The notes beneath the pieces were generated by a model. The model was not told the DNA's origin. It did no database searches and saw nothing but the letters and a program-made list of their open reading frames with translations. A stretch of DNA of 32,000 nt. It comes from Candidatus Electronema halotolerans (GTDB lineage Bacteria > Desulfobacterota > Desulfobulbia > Desulfobulbales > Desulfobulbaceae). A program made the position numbers and the translations under genes. The stretch's first letter is position 1; each line of letters opens with the position of its first letter. The stretch is from assembly GCA_942493095.1 (NCBI GenBank), contig OW818675.1, forward strand, positions 840,001-872,000, read 5' to 3'. Shown here in pieces: positions 9,188 to 17,395 of this stretch.

Positions 9188-10530
9188 AGACCTTTTTCAG
9201 CCATCTCCCCTTTCAGTGAATGCTGGCCTGCGTGATTGATCGTCACCATGACCAAATCGCCGGGCTGAAGCACTTCCGGCCCTGTGAAATGCACGACATG
9301 ATTGCTGCCCGTGCGGCCTTGCATGCCTGACTCGCTGCGGCCCTCCACCATCACCGCAACGCTTCTGCCAAGGAATTCCTGGTTCCGTGCCAAGCTGATT
9401 TGGTTCTGCCGCCGCTGAAAGCGTTCCAGCCGCTCGCCTTTGACCTGCTCCTCCACCTTGTCAGGAAAGGCTGCCGAGCGCGTGTTGGGCCGGTCCGAGT
9501 ATTTGAAGGAAAAGGAGCCATGAAAGCGCACGTCCTCCAGCAGGCTCATGGTCTGGGTGAAATCCTCCTCAGTTTCGCCGGGAAAGCCGACAATCACGTC
9601 TGTGCTGATGGCGATTTCCGGGCAAAAGGAGCGCAGTTCGGCCACTTTTTCCAAATACAGCTCGCGGGTGTATTTACGGTGCATCCGCTTCAGCACCGCG
9701 TTCGAGCCAGCCTGCACGGGCAGGTGAAAATGCGGGCAAAGGTTCGGCAGATCGCAGAAGCACTGCATCAGCTCAGTGGATAAGTCCTGAGGATTAGATG
9801 TGGTGAAGCGCAGTCGTCGCAGGCCCGGCACGGCTGCGGTCATTTTGAGCAGATCAGCAAAGCTGGTCTCTTTGTCAGCCACGGGATTGGTGCTGCCGTA
9901 GGAGTTGACATTCTGGCCAAGCAGGGTGATTTCCTGCACCCCTTGGCTGATCAGCAGCTCAACCTCCTCCAGAATGTCGGCTGCCGGGCGGCTGATCTCC
10001 CGGCCCCGTGTCGCTGGCACTACGCAGTAAGCGCAGAAATTGTCGCAGCCCTGCATGATGGTGACAAATTTACTCGGAGCCGGAGCAGCGGGCTGATGAT
10101 GCAGGAGCTTCTGGAAGGGCGGAATGACAAAATTTTTGGCTAAACCGCAAGCTGCCTCACGCTGACGTTGGCCCTGCTCCAGCCGCCGGAGCATGTCCGG
10201 GAGCTGCCAGAATTGCTGGGTGCCGACCACAATGTCAACGTGCGGCATCCGTTCAAAAATACGTCCGCCTTCCTGCTGGGCCACGCAGCCTGCCGCAACA
10301 ATGCGCAGGTTGGGCCGCCGCTCCTTCTCCTGCCGGAGCGCGCCGAGCAGGCTGAAGAATTTTTGTTCTGCCTTGGCCCGGATCGAGCAGGTGTTGAGGA
10401 TGATCAAATCTGCCTCAGAAAAGTCCGCTGCCGGGAGATAGCCATCTTGGGCAAGGAGCTGCTCCATGATTTCCGAGTCGCGCTCGTTCATCTGGCAGCC
10501 AAAGGTTTTGATGCAGAGCTGTCTGCTCAT
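9184..10530 (-). CDS. miaB: tRNA-2-methylthio-N6-dimethylallyladenosine synthase
   Basis: IKTFGCQMNERDSE, ILNTCSIRAKAEQK, MQGCDNFCAYCVVPATRGREISR radical-SAM motif, C-terminal TRAM-like region. The end overlaps the cmoA start by 4 nt (ATGA). Confidence 0.96.
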   Translation of the reverse strand: MSRQLCIKTFGCQMNERDSEIMEQLLAQDGYLPAADFSEADLIILNTCSIRAKAEQKFFSLLGALRQEKERRPNLRIVAAGCVAQQEGGRIFERMPHVDIVVGTQQFWQLPDMLRRLEQGQRQREAACGLAKNFVIPPFQKLLHHQPAAPAPSKFVTIMQGCDNFCAYCVVPATRGREISRPAADILEEVELLISQGVQEITLLGQNVNSYGSTNPVADKETSFADLLKMTAAVPGLRRLRFTTSNPQDLSTELMQCFCDLPNLCPHFHLPVQAGSNAVLKRMHRKYTRELYLEKVAELRSFCPEIAISTDVIVGFPGETEEDFTQTMSLLEDVRFHGSFSFKYSDRPNTRSAAFPDKVEEQVKGERLERFQRRQNQISLARNQEFLGRSVAVMVEGRSESGMQGRTGSNHVVHFTGPEVLQPGDLVMVTINHAGQHSLKGEMAEKGL

Positions 10531-10696
10531 GGATTCATTATGCTGTCTAAGAGTTACGCAATGGTGCGAATTCAGGTTCCAAGTGCAACTTTTTTTGCAA
10601 GGTTCAATTTAAAACTTGCGGAGACGAAAACCATCTGATAATTTGATGAATTGCAGCATCATGATTATCCAGACAAAAACAGCAAAGGAGGATGCA

Positions 10697-11218
10697 ATGG
10701 CTGAGGACAAAATGATTTCACGCCAAGCTGCGCTGAACGAGCTGAAAAGATTGGGCATCAGCGGAGAGCAGGTTTATCTGATTGATTTTATTCCGCTCCT
10801 TGAGATAGTGTGGGCGGACGGCGAGGCCCAACCGAGCGAAGTCACCATTTTGGAAGAGTTTGTCGAAAACCATGTGGACAACATTAACAAGCAGGCTGGA
10901 TGCAAAGTCTTGGAGCTTGATCAGGCAAAGGAATTCGTCAACCGGTTTCTTGTCAAGCAGCCTGATCCTGAAATCATGAAGACCTTGCGACGCTTTGTCA
11001 AGCCGCTGCGTCTTTCCTCAGCAGATCAAAAGGAAAATCAGCAACTGAAAGAATCGCTTCTCTGCGCCTGCATGGACATAGCCGCCAGTGCTGTGACCGA
11101 ATATCCTTATGGCCTGCATGACCGATTCTGTCATGAAGAAAAGAGGTGCTTCTTCAGTATATTAGAATCACTGTCAGAGTCAGAGGCGGCGGAGCAGGAG
11201 CACTTCCCCGCTTTCTGA
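10697..11218 (+). CDS. Hypothetical protein, TerB-like acidic helical protein
   Basis: Strong Shine-Dalgarno (AAAGGAGG) before the ATG at 10697. LIDFIPLLEIVWADGEAQPSEVTILEEFVE is reminiscent of TerB/tellurite-resistance-like helical domains. Confidence 0.5.
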   Translation: MAEDKMISRQAALNELKRLGISGEQVYLIDFIPLLEIVWADGEAQPSEVTILEEFVENHVDNINKQAGCKVLELDQAKEFVNRFLVKQPDPEIMKTLRRFVKPLRLSSADQKENQQLKESLLCACMDIAASAVTEYPYGLHDRFCHEEKRCFFSILESLSESEAAEQEHFPAF

Positions 11219-11279
11219 CAGAAACAGAATGCGAATCCTAAGCTGATTCGCTTTGCAGACAAGGCAAAAAAAGTGCAGC

Positions 11280-12560
11280 TTACCGCTTTTTCCTGACAGC
11301 CCGTTTATATTTCTTTTTCAAGACTTTTTTCTTGCGAGCTGTTCTTTTTTTGCTGGAACTGGAATCTTTTCCCAGCAGCCGCCGCAGCACGGCAATGCGC
11401 CGGTTGGCCGACTGATTGAGAAGAATCGCATAGGCTCTGCCGTCATTGAGATAGCCGACATAGTTCCACACTCCTTTCATGCTGCCGGATTTGGTCGGCA
11501 CGCCTTGATGCTTGCGCAGCAGCCACGAATATGGCCGGAAAACCCGCAGCACTTCCAGCATGGCCCGCGCCGTGACCCGGTCGCCCCGGTACAAACCTGC
11601 CCCGTCCTTGTGAACAATCGCCGCCGCAGTTGCTGAACCAAGCTGACGGACCAGCTCCTGCTTCATTGCCCGCTCCGCCTTGGCCCACGTCGCGGGCCAG
11701 CCGAACTTTTCCGCACCAATGGCCAAATAGACCAGATTGGAAATGAAATTGGACGAGTATTTGAGAAAGGATGAGGTCAGATCGAGCAGATTCTTGCTGC
11801 TGTGGTGCTCGTAAACGAGCCGGGCGGTCAACGGCACCTGCTTCAGGCCCATTTCGCCCTGGCCGGGAATGCCCGTCTCTTCTTGCAGGGCGCGGAACAG
11901 TTCGGCAGTGTAGCGGGCCATTTTCCGGTCCGCGTTGCAACCGCCTTTGCAGATGTTGATCCGATGACGGCCAGAGGGCCAGCCTGCGGCCATTTCTCCC
12001 ATCAGGGGCAAAAGCGGCGTGTTCGGCTCACCCGACTCCACCACGCCGCCTTTTTGCACCCGGACCGGCACGCTGTTGAAATTGACCGAAGTCGGCCCGA
12101 CCGGCGCGTCATAAGGATTGTCGCTGAACTCGCTGCCCGGAGTCTGGTGTTCAAGGGCAAACTTCGAGCTGTCAACATAAATGGCATTGATCTGCCGCAG
12201 GCCGCGCCGCTGGAGTTCGGCAAAAATCAGCCGGATTTCCTCCGGGATCAGCAGCGGATCGCCAAAGCCTTGGATGTAGAAATTGTTCTGCGCGTCGATG
12301 TAAAAACGGGTTTTGAAGCGGTAGTTCGGCCCCAAAATGGACATGGCGGCCAGCGCGGTCGGCACTTTGAGGATGCTGGCCGGAATATACGACGTGTCAA
12401 GATTGCAGCCTTCAACAATCTTGCCTTGCAAATCGCTGACTCCGTAGGCTCCGTTCTGAATCAGCGTGTTGTATGGCGACGGACAGCCTGCGGCAAGGGC
12501 GGCTTGGTTGAAGGCGACGAGCAGCAGGGCAAAAAACAGAGGGGGTATGTATGAGCGCAT
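11280..12560 (-). CDS. D-alanyl-D-alanine carboxypeptidase/endopeptidase, peptidase S13 (PBP4/DacB-like)
   Basis: Signal peptide; active-site-like motifs ASILK (SxxK), YSSNF (SxN) and TKSG (K[ST]G); GFGDPLL region typical of S13. Confidence 0.85.
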   Translation of the reverse strand: MRSYIPPLFFALLLVAFNQAALAAGCPSPYNTLIQNGAYGVSDLQGKIVEGCNLDTSYIPASILKVPTALAAMSILGPNYRFKTRFYIDAQNNFYIQGFGDPLLIPEEIRLIFAELQRRGLRQINAIYVDSSKFALEHQTPGSEFSDNPYDAPVGPTSVNFNSVPVRVQKGGVVESGEPNTPLLPLMGEMAAGWPSGRHRINICKGGCNADRKMARYTAELFRALQEETGIPGQGEMGLKQVPLTARLVYEHHSSKNLLDLTSSFLKYSSNFISNLVYLAIGAEKFGWPATWAKAERAMKQELVRQLGSATAAAIVHKDGAGLYRGDRVTARAMLEVLRVFRPYSWLLRKHQGVPTKSGSMKGVWNYVGYLNDGRAYAILLNQSANRRIAVLRRLLGKDSSSSKKRTARKKKVLKKKYKRAVRKKR

Positions 12561-12883
12561 TTTCAGGGCTATTTTAAGAAGGCGTGAGATGATTGCTGAC
12601 TGCGTCTGAGGCTGACAACAGGATACAGCAAGAAAAGAGAGGATGCAATGCAGTCAGCCATGCAGGTTTTGCCGAGGCAGCTGCCGCCCTGCTGCTTCTC
12701 AGCCCATTCCAGCATACCTACAGCGATTCATCATCTCGTATTTCGAGGAATCATTCTCCAGCCAACGCAAGCATTCGCTCAATCATCAGCTCACCTCATG
12801 GAACATATTCATCTTGCTCAGACATCCCAAAGTCTTAGGTTCGGGAATCTTCTCCTTCCTGCCATGTCGTTATGAAAAAAAAT

Positions 12884-13247
12884 GGGGCGGACTGTAAGCC
12901 GAATCCTGTTCCTGCCAAAGCAGGCCATGATCATTTGACTGGGATGCCGGTCGCCCGGCACCTCGTGCAACCTACCCGGAAACTTTGGACGGGCAGCCCT
13001 CAAGCGTTTCCCTATTTGGTCTTGCACCCGGCGGGGTTTGCCATGCCCTTTGTGTCGCCACAAAGGCGGTAAGCTCTTACCTTGCCATTTCAACCTTGCC
13101 TGTGAGCAGTCGCCTGCTCCATCGGCGGTGTCTTTTCTGTGGCACTTTCCCCCGATTGCCCGGAGTTCCTGTTAGGAACCGCCGCGCCCTGCGGTGTTCG
13201 GACTTTCCTCTCCGGCAGCAAGGCCGGAGCGATCATGCGTCCGCCCC
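12884..13247 (-). ncRNA. rnpB: RNase P RNA (bacterial class A)
   Basis: The minus strand has GAGGAAAGTCC near the 5' end and ACAGGATTCGGCTTACAGTCCGCC at the 3' end, with complementary terminal segments (GGGGCGGAC...GTCCGCCCC) and a T tract immediately after. Boundaries approximate. Confidence 0.93.
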
Positions 13248-13257
13248 AAAACTTGTG

Positions 13258-13668
13258 TTATTTCGATCTGCTGTCAACGCCCTGATTGGCAAGCTCGTCC
13301 GCCCGTCTGTTCTGCTCTCTGGGAACATGGGCAACAGTCCAGCTTTCCAGCCGGGCCAGCAGGCTGCTCACCTCCTGAAAGAGCGGCTTCAAGGCTTGGT
13401 TTTTGACTTGGTAACGGCCCTGAAGCTGACGGACGATCAGTTCCGAATCCAGCCGGATATCCAGCCGGGCGCAGCCCTGCTCCAAGGCGGTCTGGAGACC
13501 AAGAAGCAGGGCGCGGTACTCAGCAACATTGTTGGTGCATTCACCAAGATAGAGCGACCGGGCCGCCAGCTCCCGGCCTTCTGCGTCCACAAGCACCGCG
13601 CCTGCGCCCGCCTGCCCAGGATTGCCTCTGGAGGCTCCGTCTGTGAAGAGGCAGCAGGCCGCGCTCAT
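13258..13668 (-). CDS. Ribonuclease HI family protein
   Basis: LFTDGASRGNPGQAGAGAVL, NNVAEYRALLLGL, LDSELIVRQLQGRYQVKN and VPREQNRRADELAN are conserved RNase H motifs. Confidence 0.93.
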   Translation of the reverse strand: MSAACCLFTDGASRGNPGQAGAGAVLVDAEGRELAARSLYLGECTNNVAEYRALLLGLQTALEQGCARLDIRLDSELIVRQLQGRYQVKNQALKPLFQEVSSLLARLESWTVAHVPREQNRRADELANQGVDSRSK

Positions 13669-14438
13669 ATCTCCTCTTCCGCCTCGGTTGGGTCAGCGTC
13701 AGCAGGCTGCTTGCCGCCGCCGTCCGCATTATCAGAGGGCAGATAATAAAGAATGCGCTGGCAGGTCGGACAGGAGCAGATATGCTCGCCCTTGCGCACC
13801 TCGTTGTACTGCTGGGGCGGGGCGGTCATGAAGCAGCCTTGGCAGACTCCGTCGAGAATCCGCACCACAGCCAGCCCCTTCCGTTTCTGAAGCAGCATTT
13901 CATACCGCTTCAGCCGGGCAGGCTGCAGGGCCTCAGCAAACTGGCGGCGCAGCTTGAGCACCTCGGCCCGGCGGCGGTCAATCTCCCGCACTGACTTGTC
14001 AACCCGGCCCGCCTCCTCAGCAAGCAGCTTCTGCTCGCCCTTGCAGAGATTGTCCAGCTCCGCCGCTCTGGCTTCCTCAGCCTCAGCCTCCTCCATCAAC
14101 TGAAGGAGCCTATCATCCGTGTCCTTGATCTGCTGCTTTGCCTCCTCAATTTCCTTGAGCAGGGCCTGATGCTCGCGGCTGGTCTGCACCTGCATCATTC
14201 GTATCTGGCCTTCGCGGATGCGCTCCGCCGCCTCTTCGGCTGCCGTCTTGACCGCATCCCGGCTCTGCTCCAGCTCGACCGCCTTTTCCCGGCACTGCGC
14301 AGCCTGCACCTCCTTGTCGCGGACCGCTTGTTCCCGACCGGCCAGCTCCTGCCGCAGCGTCTCTGTTTCCCGATCCAGTTCGGCCAGCTTGGTGTCAGTC
14401 TCCTGCAAAGCGATGAGCGTGCTGATCTCTTGGTTCAA
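13665..14438 (-). CDS. C4-type zinc ribbon domain-containing coiled-coil protein (DUF164/CdsZ-like)
   Basis: Long coiled coil followed by VCQGCFMTAPPQQYNEVRKGEHICSCPTCQRILYY. The stop overlaps the RNase HI start. Confidence 0.85.
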   Translation of the reverse strand: MNQEISTLIALQETDTKLAELDRETETLRQELAGREQAVRDKEVQAAQCREKAVELEQSRDAVKTAAEEAAERIREGQIRMMQVQTSREHQALLKEIEEAKQQIKDTDDRLLQLMEEAEAEEARAAELDNLCKGEQKLLAEEAGRVDKSVREIDRRRAEVLKLRRQFAEALQPARLKRYEMLLQKRKGLAVVRILDGVCQGCFMTAPPQQYNEVRKGEHICSCPTCQRILYYLPSDNADGGGKQPADADPTEAEEEI

Positions 14439-14471
14439 AATGCGCTCCTTTCTCTGTATGATAGTTGATCT

Positions 14472-15296
14472 CTATAGATTTTCTGAAACAAACGGCTGCG
14501 CCAGCCGCAGCGGGGCTTCCTGCCGGGCAAGATGAAGCGGCGGCAGGTTCAGGCCCGCCTGCCGCGCCTGTTCAGCAAGCAGCAGGCCGAGTTGGCGCAT
14601 GGCCGGATTTTCGGTGGCAAAATGGCCGCCGTCAAGAAGCCACAGCCCGGCTTCCTCGGCCCAGCGGGCGACATGATGCTTGATTTCTGAAGTAAGAAAG
14701 ACATCCGTGCCTGCGGCCAAGGCAATCTCAGCCAAGTCCGCGCACGAGCCGCCGCAGACGGCAGCCTTGGTCACTGCTGCCGGACGAGGCCCAGCCTCCA
14801 GCAGCCAAGGGAACGTTGCCGCCTTGAGCAGCCGGGCAAGAAAATCCTCCGGCGGCACAGCCTCTGACAGAGAACCGATTCTGCCCAGACCGCAGCGGCT
14901 GCCCTGCTCCTGCGGCAGCAACGGGGAAACATTGGTCAATCCCAATGCTTGGGCCAGCACGTCGCTGACTCCGCCAGCAGCCGCATCAAAATTGGTGTGG
15001 CAGCCGATGACACTGATGTCTGCCCGCAGGGCCGCCGTGAGGAACTGACCTGATGGCTGGTCAGTGCGCAGACGTTGCAGCGGCTGAAAAATGGCCGGAT
15101 GGTGAGTGATGATCAGATTGGCTCCCAGCGACTGCGCCTCAGCAATTAAGGCGACGGTTGGGTCAAGAGCGATGAGAATGCCGTCAACCCTGCTCTGCGG
15201 ACTGCCAATCAGCAATCCGACATTATCCCAGTCCGCTGCAAGGTGCTGCGGAGCTATTGTCTCAAGAATGCTGAGAATTGTCTTGACTTGTGTCAT
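14472..15296 (-). CDS. Nif3-like dinuclear metal center protein (YbgI family)
   Basis: APQHLAADWDNVGLLIG, LIITHHPAIF, IGCHTNFDAAAGGVSD, VFLTSEIKHHVA and LLDGGHFATENPAM are typical. Confidence 0.9.
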   Translation of the reverse strand: MTQVKTILSILETIAPQHLAADWDNVGLLIGSPQSRVDGILIALDPTVALIAEAQSLGANLIITHHPAIFQPLQRLRTDQPSGQFLTAALRADISVIGCHTNFDAAAGGVSDVLAQALGLTNVSPLLPQEQGSRCGLGRIGSLSEAVPPEDFLARLLKAATFPWLLEAGPRPAAVTKAAVCGGSCADLAEIALAAGTDVFLTSEIKHHVARWAEEAGLWLLDGGHFATENPAMRQLGLLLAEQARQAGLNLPPLHLARQEAPLRLAQPFVSENL

Positions 15297-15309
15297 GGTG
15301 CAAAGAAAA

Positions 15310-15336
15310 GAGGCACGCCCGTGACCGGGGTGCCTC
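15310..15336 (-). terminator. Hairpin terminator downstream of the tRNA
   Basis: GAGGCAC...GTGCCTC stem. On the minus strand it is followed by TTTTCTTT. Confidence 0.6.
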
Positions 15337-15481
15337 CTGATGCATCTGGCTGTTCTGCGGCAGAGCTGAAGAGCAGCTTCTTCTGAAAGGAAATTCCGAA
15401 TGTCTTTAGACTCAACAGACTGCGGCGCAAGAAGTATTTTTCATGCAGGATGATGGACATCATCCTGCTGTCTGACTGCGC

Positions 15482-15558
15482 TGGTGGGCCTGCCTGGACT
15501 CGAACCAGGGACCGACCGGTTATGAGCCGGTGGCTCTAGCCAACTGAGCTACAGGCCC
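15482..15558 (-). tRNA. tRNA with CAU anticodon (probably elongator tRNA-Met)
   Basis: Minus strand: GGGCCTGTAGCTCAGTTGGCTAGAGCCACCGGCTCATAACCGGTCGGTCCCTGGTTCGAGTCCAGGCAGGCCCACCA. Complete cloverleaf with encoded CCA. tRNA-Ile2 (lysidine-modified CAU) cannot be fully excluded. Confidence 0.95.
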
Positions 15559-15854
15559 TGCCGCAAGCAGCATATATTACCAGCCGGGCCGCTCAGGTCA
15601 AGAAAAAACAGATGAAAATCGCTTGAAAAAAGCATCTGTCTCATATTTTTATAGACAAGTGTGTATTTTTTTGTTCAGAACAGGTAAAATAGTTTTGTCA
15701 AGGTCAGGTCGTTTGGGCCTGCCTGCCGACACCGACCCGACCGCTTAAATCGAATGGAACTTCGGGTATTTTCTACGCTGTTTTTTTGGCAGTTGAGTAA
15801 TTTTTACACAGAAAGTTTTTTTCGGCAGCAGCTCAGTCGGGCGGGAGAATAAAA

Positions 15855-15914
15855 AAATTCATTGTGATGCCGAAAGGATGAATTTACGGCAAGCGTGCTG
15901 TGAAAACTGGCACG
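15855..15914 (+). promoter_or_regulatory. Possible structured 5' UTR (H-type pseudoknot plus hairpin)
   Basis: AAATTCAT (15855-15862)/ATGAATTT (15878-15885); TGCCG in the enclosed loop (15868-15872) is complementary to CGGCA (15887-15891); then CGTGC/GCACG hairpin (15894-15914). Confidence 0.35.
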
Positions 15915-15946
15915 GAATTAGCAATGTCAACATCAAGATTGGAGGT

Positions 15947-16414
15947 ATGAAAAAGATGGGCATAGAAAAGATGATTACTGCGCATAAAACAAGAAAGGTT
16001 ATTATTATCGCAACTGCGAGTGTGCAAATTATGACTGCTGCCTGTCTCCAAGCTGCTGAACCATGCCGTCCAGACGGGTTCTGTCCGCTGCCTAACAAAG
16101 AGGCGGATATGAAAGCTGCTCTTCGTGTTGAAACAAAAAGGGCAGCTCTGAAGAATATGTTGAAAAATCAATTTGATCGCTGCGACACCTTTGTCAGCGA
16201 AAAGCTGACTGCAACTTTGGGCCAGATGAATGTGCTGCGGGAGCAGATTATTCTCAAGGCCCTGGAAACAGGGCTTCTCCTTCAGCTTCCTGACATAGTG
16301 CGGGAGGTTGTGCGGAAGAAAGGGGATGAGGGCCAGCAGCTCTGCTGCGGCGCGATGTATTCGAGCCAGTACTTGTCTTTCAGCAGAACCAATTGTATTT
16401 CATCAGAATCGTGA
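15947..16414 (+). CDS. Hypothetical exported protein
   Basis: TTGGAGGT Shine-Dalgarno immediately before the ATG at 15947. N-terminal hydrophobic stretch KVIIIATASVQIMTAACLQAA, several cysteines, no recognised domain. Confidence 0.65.
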   Translation: MKKMGIEKMITAHKTRKVIIIATASVQIMTAACLQAAEPCRPDGFCPLPNKEADMKAALRVETKRAALKNMLKNQFDRCDTFVSEKLTATLGQMNVLREQIILKALETGLLLQLPDIVREVVRKKGDEGQQLCCGAMYSSQYLSFSRTNCISSES

Positions 16415-16432
16415 TATTATAAGCTCAACCCG

Positions 16433-16484
16433 ATACCCCGGCAGGTTTACTCCTCCTTTTTTTTCCTGCCGGGGTATTTTTTTA
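16433..16484 (+). terminator. Terminator-like hairpin 1 with 19-nt pyrimidine-rich loop
   Basis: ATACCCCGGCAGG (16433-16445)/CCTGCCGGGGTAT (16465-16477), 13-bp perfect stem, followed by a T run. Confidence 0.75.
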
Positions 16485-16522
16485 AAGCTGGTTTCAAGCC
16501 AGTGGTGAATTTGTTCAAACCT

Positions 16523-16569
16523 GATGCTCCGGCAGGTTTTACTCCTCCTTTTTTTCCTGTCGGAGCATC
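16523..16569. other. Hairpin 2, homologous to hairpin 1
   Basis: GATGCTCCGGCAGG (16523-16536)/CCTGTCGGAGCATC (16556-16569), loop TTTTACTCCTCCTTTTTTT almost identical to that of hairpin 1. Confidence 0.75.
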
Positions 16570-16644
16570 TGTTTTCTCCTTTGTTTTCCTAAGTATTTCA
16601 ATTTTCCCAAACAAACAGCCGCATTCCGTCCTTGCACGTGAAGA

Positions 16645-17340
16645 TCAGACGGAAATGCCGAATATTTTGCCCACTGCCGCAGTCAGCAGCATGGCCAAGG
16701 TGCCCCAGAAGCAAACCCGCAGCGCGCCCCGCAGTGGTGACGCGCCTCCGGCAAGCGCCGCAGTCGCACCAAGTCCGGCCAGCAGAACTATGGCCAGCAT
16801 TGGAACAAACCAGAGCAGCATAGCCCTTGGCACGATTGCCGCTGCTGTCACAGGTGCTGCGCCGCCAATCGTAAAAGAGGCCGCCGACCAGAAAGCTGCC
16901 TGCAGCGGCTGGGCGCTCAGTTCCGAAGTGATGCCAATCTCATCCCGCGCATGAGCCTCCAAGGCATCGTGCTCCATAAGCTGTCGGGCCACTTCTTCGG
17001 CCAAGGCCGCATCCAAGCCCCGCGCCACGTAAATAGCTGTCAGTTCCCGGTGCTCCTCCTCATGATAGTGCTCCAGCGCATGGGCCTCCATCTGCAAATC
17101 CGCCAGTTCGGTGTCTTCCTGTGATTTCACGGACACATATTCGCCAGCAGCCATGGACATGGCCCCAGCAGTCAGGCCGGCTGCTCCGGCCAGCATGATT
17201 TGGGTCTGATCAGAACCGGCAAAGGCGACCCCGACCAGCAGGCTGGCAATGGAGACAATGCCGTCATTGGCGCCGAGCACAGCAGCCCGAATCCAGCCGG
17301 AACGGTGGATGCGGTGATGTTCAGAGCAATGAGCACTCAT
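16645..17340 (-). CDS. VIT1/CCC1 family transporter (iron/manganese)
   Basis: RAAVLGANDGIVSIASLLVGVAFA, AGLTAGAMSMAAGEYVSVKSQEDTE, acidic middle region and C-terminal TM segments match the VIT1/CCC1 family. Confidence 0.9.
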   Translation of the reverse strand: MSAHCSEHHRIHRSGWIRAAVLGANDGIVSIASLLVGVAFAGSDQTQIMLAGAAGLTAGAMSMAAGEYVSVKSQEDTELADLQMEAHALEHYHEEEHRELTAIYVARGLDAALAEEVARQLMEHDALEAHARDEIGITSELSAQPLQAAFWSAASFTIGGAAPVTAAAIVPRAMLLWFVPMLAIVLLAGLGATAALAGGASPLRGALRVCFWGTLAMLLTAAVGKIFGISV

Positions 17341-17395
17341 AGGGGGCGATATGAAAAATAGAAAAGTCGATCAGTAGAACAGCCTGAAAATACTG

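Noticed and set aside
8384-9235. 283-aa plus-strand ORF opposite cmoA
   Set aside because: Shadow ORF with no motifs; the cmoA reading is strongly supported.
11802-12554. 250-aa plus-strand ORF opposite the D,D-carboxypeptidase
   Set aside because: Shadow ORF; the minus strand has a signal peptide and SxxK/SxN/KSG motifs.
12593-12897. Overlapping 75-84 aa plus-strand ORFs between the carboxypeptidase and rnpB
   Set aside because: Some have an SD-like AGAGAGGATG upstream, but the three frames overlap, none has a recognisable domain, and the region ends in the rnpB terminator area. Not enough support to call a gene.
12985-13746. 253-aa plus-strand ORF over rnpB and the RNase HI gene
   Set aside because: Covers RNase P RNA and runs antisense to RNase HI; no domain support.
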